A DNA stretch of 54,308 bases, counting the filler, from Dirinaria sp. TL-2023a (lineage: Eukaryota), in the NCBI GenBank assembly GCA_051941275.1. It is 2 parts of 2 records of this genome, joined end to end, with 100 filler letters (N's around TTAATTAATTAA, not from the genome) between each part and the next. Parts side by side here need not be neighbours in the genome. Positions count along the whole stretch, not along the records: positions 27,233 to 54,308 come from JAVEBF010000150.1; 1 more part is not named here. One strand, 5' to 3'. This document shows positions 48,353 to 54,308 of the stretch, piece by piece (the stretch's first letter is position 1; every line of letters starts with the position of its first letter). Under the pieces are notes generated by a model. The model was given only the letters and a program-made list of their open reading frames with translations, was not told the origin of the DNA and searched no databases. The translations under genes were made by a program, and so were the position numbers.

Positions 48353-51300
48353 ATGGTTATGCTCAAAGGCGGTCAGCAGCCAGCTGCAGCGAAAGCCTGA
48401 GTCCCTGCTTACATTTGTCATGCAACAGGAAAATTAGCTGCATGCCTCCACCGAGACATACTGGAATATGATCCCGCCGCCTTGAGGGGCCCTGGTTTCC
48501 ATCCGCTGAACCATGTACCAGAATACGACCCAGTAAATGACCAATTCAAGCCGCAACCTCAGCGTACCAGCAAGACTTGCCGCCACAATTGGAAGCTCGA
48601 TCAAGATCGGACTTTGCTTCCACAGGTAGGATCTGAGTATGCGCGCAAGACCGAGTGCCATTTGGTAGCACATTGCCACAACTGCCGCGCGCATCTTGCT
48701 GTTATACTAAGTCATGACAATGTGTCCGGGGATCATTCTTTCGATCCATGTCCAAACAAGGACATGCCTATGCATCACTTCGTCCATGTACCACACTCGT
48801 CCATAGATCTTCCGCGGCACCGCGATGTACAGACGCCGAATAAAGATAAGGACCTCCAGCTCTTTCAGTGCTCGTCAGGTACCTGTGGAGCCAAGATCAT
48901 TGTGAAGTTTAGTCCTGCGAGGCTGTTGAAGAAATGGATTGATCAGCTTACCAATAGAGACGTCATTGCGGACCGACATCAACGTGCAACTCGAGAATTT
49001 CCAACCCGGTTTGAAGGGCACGGTGTTCCAACTGCAATGGACGTTTTGTCAAACCTACGCGAGTATTTGACCAATGCCCTCGCAACTAATGACCAGCGAG
49101 TAATACGGCGTGCAAATAAGAGATTCATGCTCAGCTTTGGAGACGACTGCGAAGAGCTCTTCAAATACCTTGGCTTCGAACGTGATGTATGCCATAATGA
49201 AGAGTAAAAGAGAATGAAATCAAAAATTGACTGTGGAAACAGGGCGAAGACTGGAAACCCCCTTGTCCGGGGCCGCCACCGGATCATCCCCTCCGTGAAG
49301 GCATCTATAACCATCTGAATTACATAGAGAACGAACTTCTGGTCCTCATGACTCGTCGCCCCGTTCCGGAGAAACAAACTGTGAAAATTCCTCACGACTT
49401 TGTAGACATACCAGATGCCCTGGCCACACTTCTCGGGACTAAAGACTGTAAGATGCTTCTCTGACTTACCTTTTTATAGGATCCATAGCTGATTCTATTT
49501 ACCGTAAGACTCTGAGGTTGTGTTTGCTCATCCCCCTCATCCGTAAGTAGCTGGTGCAAAGAGCGAGGCTCTGCGTTCACTGATACAAAGACTGCAGATT
49601 TTACGCCGGGCTAGGAGCTCTCAAACCTCTCTCTGACGTGCAAATCAGCTTTGCGTATGACCGTCAGGTTGCAGTGGATCAAGCGAGTACCCCTTACTAT
49701 CTGGAGTGCCTTCAGACTATTGCAGATGGACGCAAGAGCCACGAATTAGCGACCAAGGCTGCCATTGAAGCTTCCAAAGGTATAATCAGCAATAGTGATG
49801 TAAGGAAAGCGTACACGTGCCTCAACCTTGAAGGAACTCCTTTGAATGATGATACTATCATTGGTGTTTTCCGGTCGAGGTTGTCGGATGCTGCACCGTA
49901 CCAAGAGGGTGAGTTACGCGAAGCCCTTCGAATCATCGGTTTTTCCAGATCCAGCCAGAATATCATAGAAGCCTCATCAAAAGGTAATTTCCTCCGCCCT
50001 TGGTCAACCAAAGTTTATGGTTTGTGGTGATACCAACAATAAATAGATGTCGATACTTACGGACAGGCCTTGAATTATCTTGATGCCACACCTGACGTAA
50101 CAGATGATGCTATGATATCACTTTTCACAATCAAGGTATGTTCGATTTCCGAGGCAACGCAAACCTTCGCAGTACTGGGCCTCCACATTCAATACATCAG
50201 GCTGTGAATAATATATACGGATCAGCTGACATGCCTGCGTTGTTTAGAGGGACGAATATCCGGCCGATGAACCTACCGCACGTCGTGCTGTCAAAATTAT
50301 TGCCGAGCACCGAAATAGCAACTACCTTATGGCCTGGTGTAGTGGGAAGGCAGACGTCATGGATGTTCCGGAAGCGTACAGTCGTTTCGGCATCGAAGAT
50401 CAGACGGTGCAAGACGAGCTTATCCTTGCCGTCTACGAGGGCATGATAACGGACAGACCATCTCAATACGAGGAATTGACTCTTGCACTATCAACCCTCG
50501 CAAAAGCCAGAGAATCTCCACAGCTATCAAGTAAACTGCGAACCGGCCGGAGTACTGAAGAACGTAAGCCTTCTGAGTGGCCTGTTGGTCTGGAAAACAT
50601 TGGAAACACCTGCTATCTCAACAGCTTGTTGCAGTCCTATTTCACAATCCGACCGCTCAGAGAACTTGTGTTACAGTTCGAAACGCATCGTATGCCTATC
50701 AATGCCCAGAGTCTCGCAGTAAAGCAAGTTGGCTCTCGACGTGTCTCCTCGAAAGAAATCGTGCGGGCACAGCGATGTAAGCCTTAAGATGAAGCTAATC
50801 CTCGCGTCATTGCTAATGTCCCTAGTCGTGGTAGAGTTGAAGAAATTATTTGAGAGCATGATCACTTCCTCAAAAGCGGAGGTCACTCCTCAACAAGAAC
50901 TTGCGCGCCTTACTCTCATCAGCTCGACCAATGAAGAACAGATACGTCGACGCTCGACAACCGGTGGTCACCGTCCCTCACTCGGAGAAATCAATGGCCG
51001 ACCAATTTTTGGCCCAATGCTTCCACTACAGCTTCAAGGGCAGGCCAACGAAGCAGACGTCGAGGCGACTAACAGCCCGGTTGTCGATCCTAATTTTGCG
51101 GGAAAGCTCAATGAAGATATTGTAGCAGACGATTCCAGTGAGGGGACCCTTGTAGATACCTCTGTGCCACCGCTAGAAAGCAAAGACGCTGCGATGGGCG
51201 GTCTGGAAGAACACGCCGCTCAACAACAAAAGAATCTTCTCGCTGAAAAGGAAAACATGCCACCTAGAAAAGAGAATGTCACTTCGGCTTCCGATTCAGA

Positions 51301-52671
51301 CAACCCTTTAGAGCCCCTTGCTCCTACCTCACCCTCTCGTACCAACCGGCAGCAACGTCCGCTCAGCCCAGTCACGGAGAATGACTCTGATCCAGGGGCT
51401 GCTGATCGGAATGTTGACGTCCCTCCCCCAAACCGCCCGCCGCCGGTGCCTCCTCGTGCTCGACCTGTGGTTGAAGCCAAAGAATCTGTCCAAGAACAGC
51501 TTGAAATAGGTGCTCAGCAAGATGTTACCGAAGTTATTGGTAACGTTCTCTTTCAACTACAGTGTGCGATCAAGCCCGAAAGTATCGACGAGAAAGGCGA
51601 ACAGATAGACATGGTCAAGCGGCTATTCTATGGCAAGCAGAAGACCAATACCATCGATCGCTCGGGTTCAACGAGGACAAAAGAAGAGTTCTTTTCTGAC
51701 ATCAAAGTAAACGTCTTCTCCCGACCGCACGACATCTGCGCAGCTTTGGTTAACGCATTTGACATCCAAAATGTTGAGGTAGAGGGGGCTGAAGAGCGCC
51801 AATACACAACAATCAGCGAGCTGCCGCCTGTCTTGCAAATACACGTTGTGAGAGGTGGATTCGATACTAAAGAGCAAGCCGCAATCAAGTCGGATCATCA
51901 CGTCGAGTTGAAGGAGACAATCTTTTTGGACCGACACGTCGACTCTCCAAATCCTGAGATAAACAAGAGACGTCTAGAATGCTTCAAATGGAAGGAGATA
52001 CAGACAGAATTAGAAGTGGAGAGGGAGAAGTGTGGAACAGAAGTCTCCGAAAACCTGGCGCTACTAGGTGATGTTGTTAGCCGCCTGAACGAGCCTGGTG
52101 ATCCAAACCCAATTTTCGTTCCATTTGATCTGCAAAGCGATCTGGTAGAGGGAGCGAAAAAGAGTACAGAGGCATTCCAAAGTATGTCTCTCCTTTGGAG
52201 CTGCAAATTGGGAACGCTAACGAGAATGAAGGCCTTGATACAGAAATCAAGGATATCCAAACGAACCTTGAAAGTCAATTCGCCGATTGTCGAGAGATCC
52301 CGTACCACCTACACTCCGTCTATATGCATCGGGGCGGGCCCACGTATGGCCATTACTGGATCTATATCTACGACTTCGCAAACAAGTTGTGGCGTAAATA
52401 CAACGACGGGCACGTCACTAGAGTCGACGATATTGCTGAGATTTACGGCAAAGATTCGGACATGCGTCCTGCAACACCGTACTTCCTCGTCTATATCAAA
52501 GAGGGTTTGGAGGAACAACTTACAGACGCCCTGTGTCGTGATCCAGTCGAGGTACCTGCGGACACTGAGGATCTGATAATGCTGGATCCGGGTCCAAGCG
52601 GCCAGGCCGAGCACAAGGAGTATGCTGGAGACTGGGATGCGAGTGAGACGAATAGCCTGACCGATTGGTAA
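48353..52671 (+). CDS. UBP2: Ubiquitin-specific protease Ubp2 (USP25/28-like), multi-exon
   Basis: Cys box WPVGLENIGNTCYLNSLLQ, QQDVTEVI, His box YHLHSVYMHRGGPTYGHYWIYI...WRKYND, ATPYFLVY. The start exon (MVMLKG) is less certain. Confidence 0.88.
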
Positions 52672-53059
52672 GGATATTCAAATGATCCTTCTTCTTCTTC
52701 CGCCTGCTAAATCCTGTTTGTGTAGAGGTCTCGTACCTCTGCTAAAGACTAGTCAGGCTGCGAACCCTTTAGTACGCCACCTACGGCCCAAGCGATTCAT
52801 TGATAGCACCTGTTTCGAATGCTCAACATGTAAGATAAACATGCTTTGTTTGTGGTTTTCAGCCGATACGACGTGCATAGCGCTTAGCATTGAGGTGGTT
52901 ATGTACCTAGATACCAATGATACCCCCCCAAAGGGCAATGGAGTTCTTTTCCACAGGCACTAGGATTCTACGTATCTCACCAAACGAAGTTTGAAACGCG
53001 AAATACGATGAGTGATACTCTCGGACCTCGTATATGTAATTTGAGTATGTACATCAATA

Positions 53060-53969
<910 letters not shown>

Positions 53970-54247
53970 GAGGAGAATTTCGGGGAGGAGGGAAAGGAGG
54001 GAAAGGAGGGAATCAAAGATAGTGCATTCAATGTACAGAGAGAGAAAGTGGTTGACGATAATCCGATAGAGGCGAGCATTGATTGGCTAAAAAAGGTATA
54101 AAGTAAGGTAGATATTCTATCGTAGCGGCTAACGCTGTTCTCTTTTAGCGCAGTTTAGTGCCGAAATATTAGAGGGAGCTTCCATCATCGAGCCGCATAA
54201 CACGCAAAAACGCACGCAACAGAACCCTCAACATAACCCTCACAAAA

Positions 54248-54308
54248 ATGATCCGCTCAGCTCTCGTACGTTCGACCAGATGTGTAGCGCGATCCACTGC
54301 CTCGACAC
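54248..54308 (+). CDS. 5' end of a gene truncated by the window edge, mitochondrial presequence-like
   Basis: AAAATG context; MIRSALVRSTRCVARSTAST is R/S/A-rich with no acidic residues. Divergent from NDUFS8. Confidence 0.5.
   Translation, partial: MIRSALVRSTRCVARSTAST

Overview
Gene-dense, intron-containing nuclear DNA of a filamentous ascomycete (Pezizomycotina; finer taxonomy not determinable here). The window is two separate contigs joined by an artificial 100-nt spacer (44 N + TTAATTAATTAA + 44 N, 27133-27232), so no linkage can be inferred across it. Left contig: SWIRM protein (Fun19-like), CNBP/Gis2-type zinc-knuckle protein, F-box/WD protein, Sae2/CtIP, a head-to-head UBP3(USP10)-MAG2(RNF10) pair, ERG4, dienelactone hydrolase, an ABM-like protein and a small membrane protein. 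It ends in a gene-poor, mutationally eroded AT-rich stretch. Right contig: a candidate Pol III structured ncRNA, Mis14/Nsl1, SEC14, mitochondrial aconitase, BUD20 (plus a probable decayed tandem copy), MOG1, RBA50, GAR1, threonyl-tRNA synthetase, SLM1-like PH protein, complex I 21.3 kDa subunit, UBP2, complex I 23 kDa subunit, and the start of one more gene. Exon/intron structures were read by hand and gene names come from recognised protein motifs, not database searches. Best leads: the unassigned Pol III hairpin RNA at about 28197-28366; the divergent writer/eraser pair for 40S ribosomal ubiquitination; a recurrent TACCT(T/A)AGGTA intergenic motif; and a CC/GG-free RIP-like signature.
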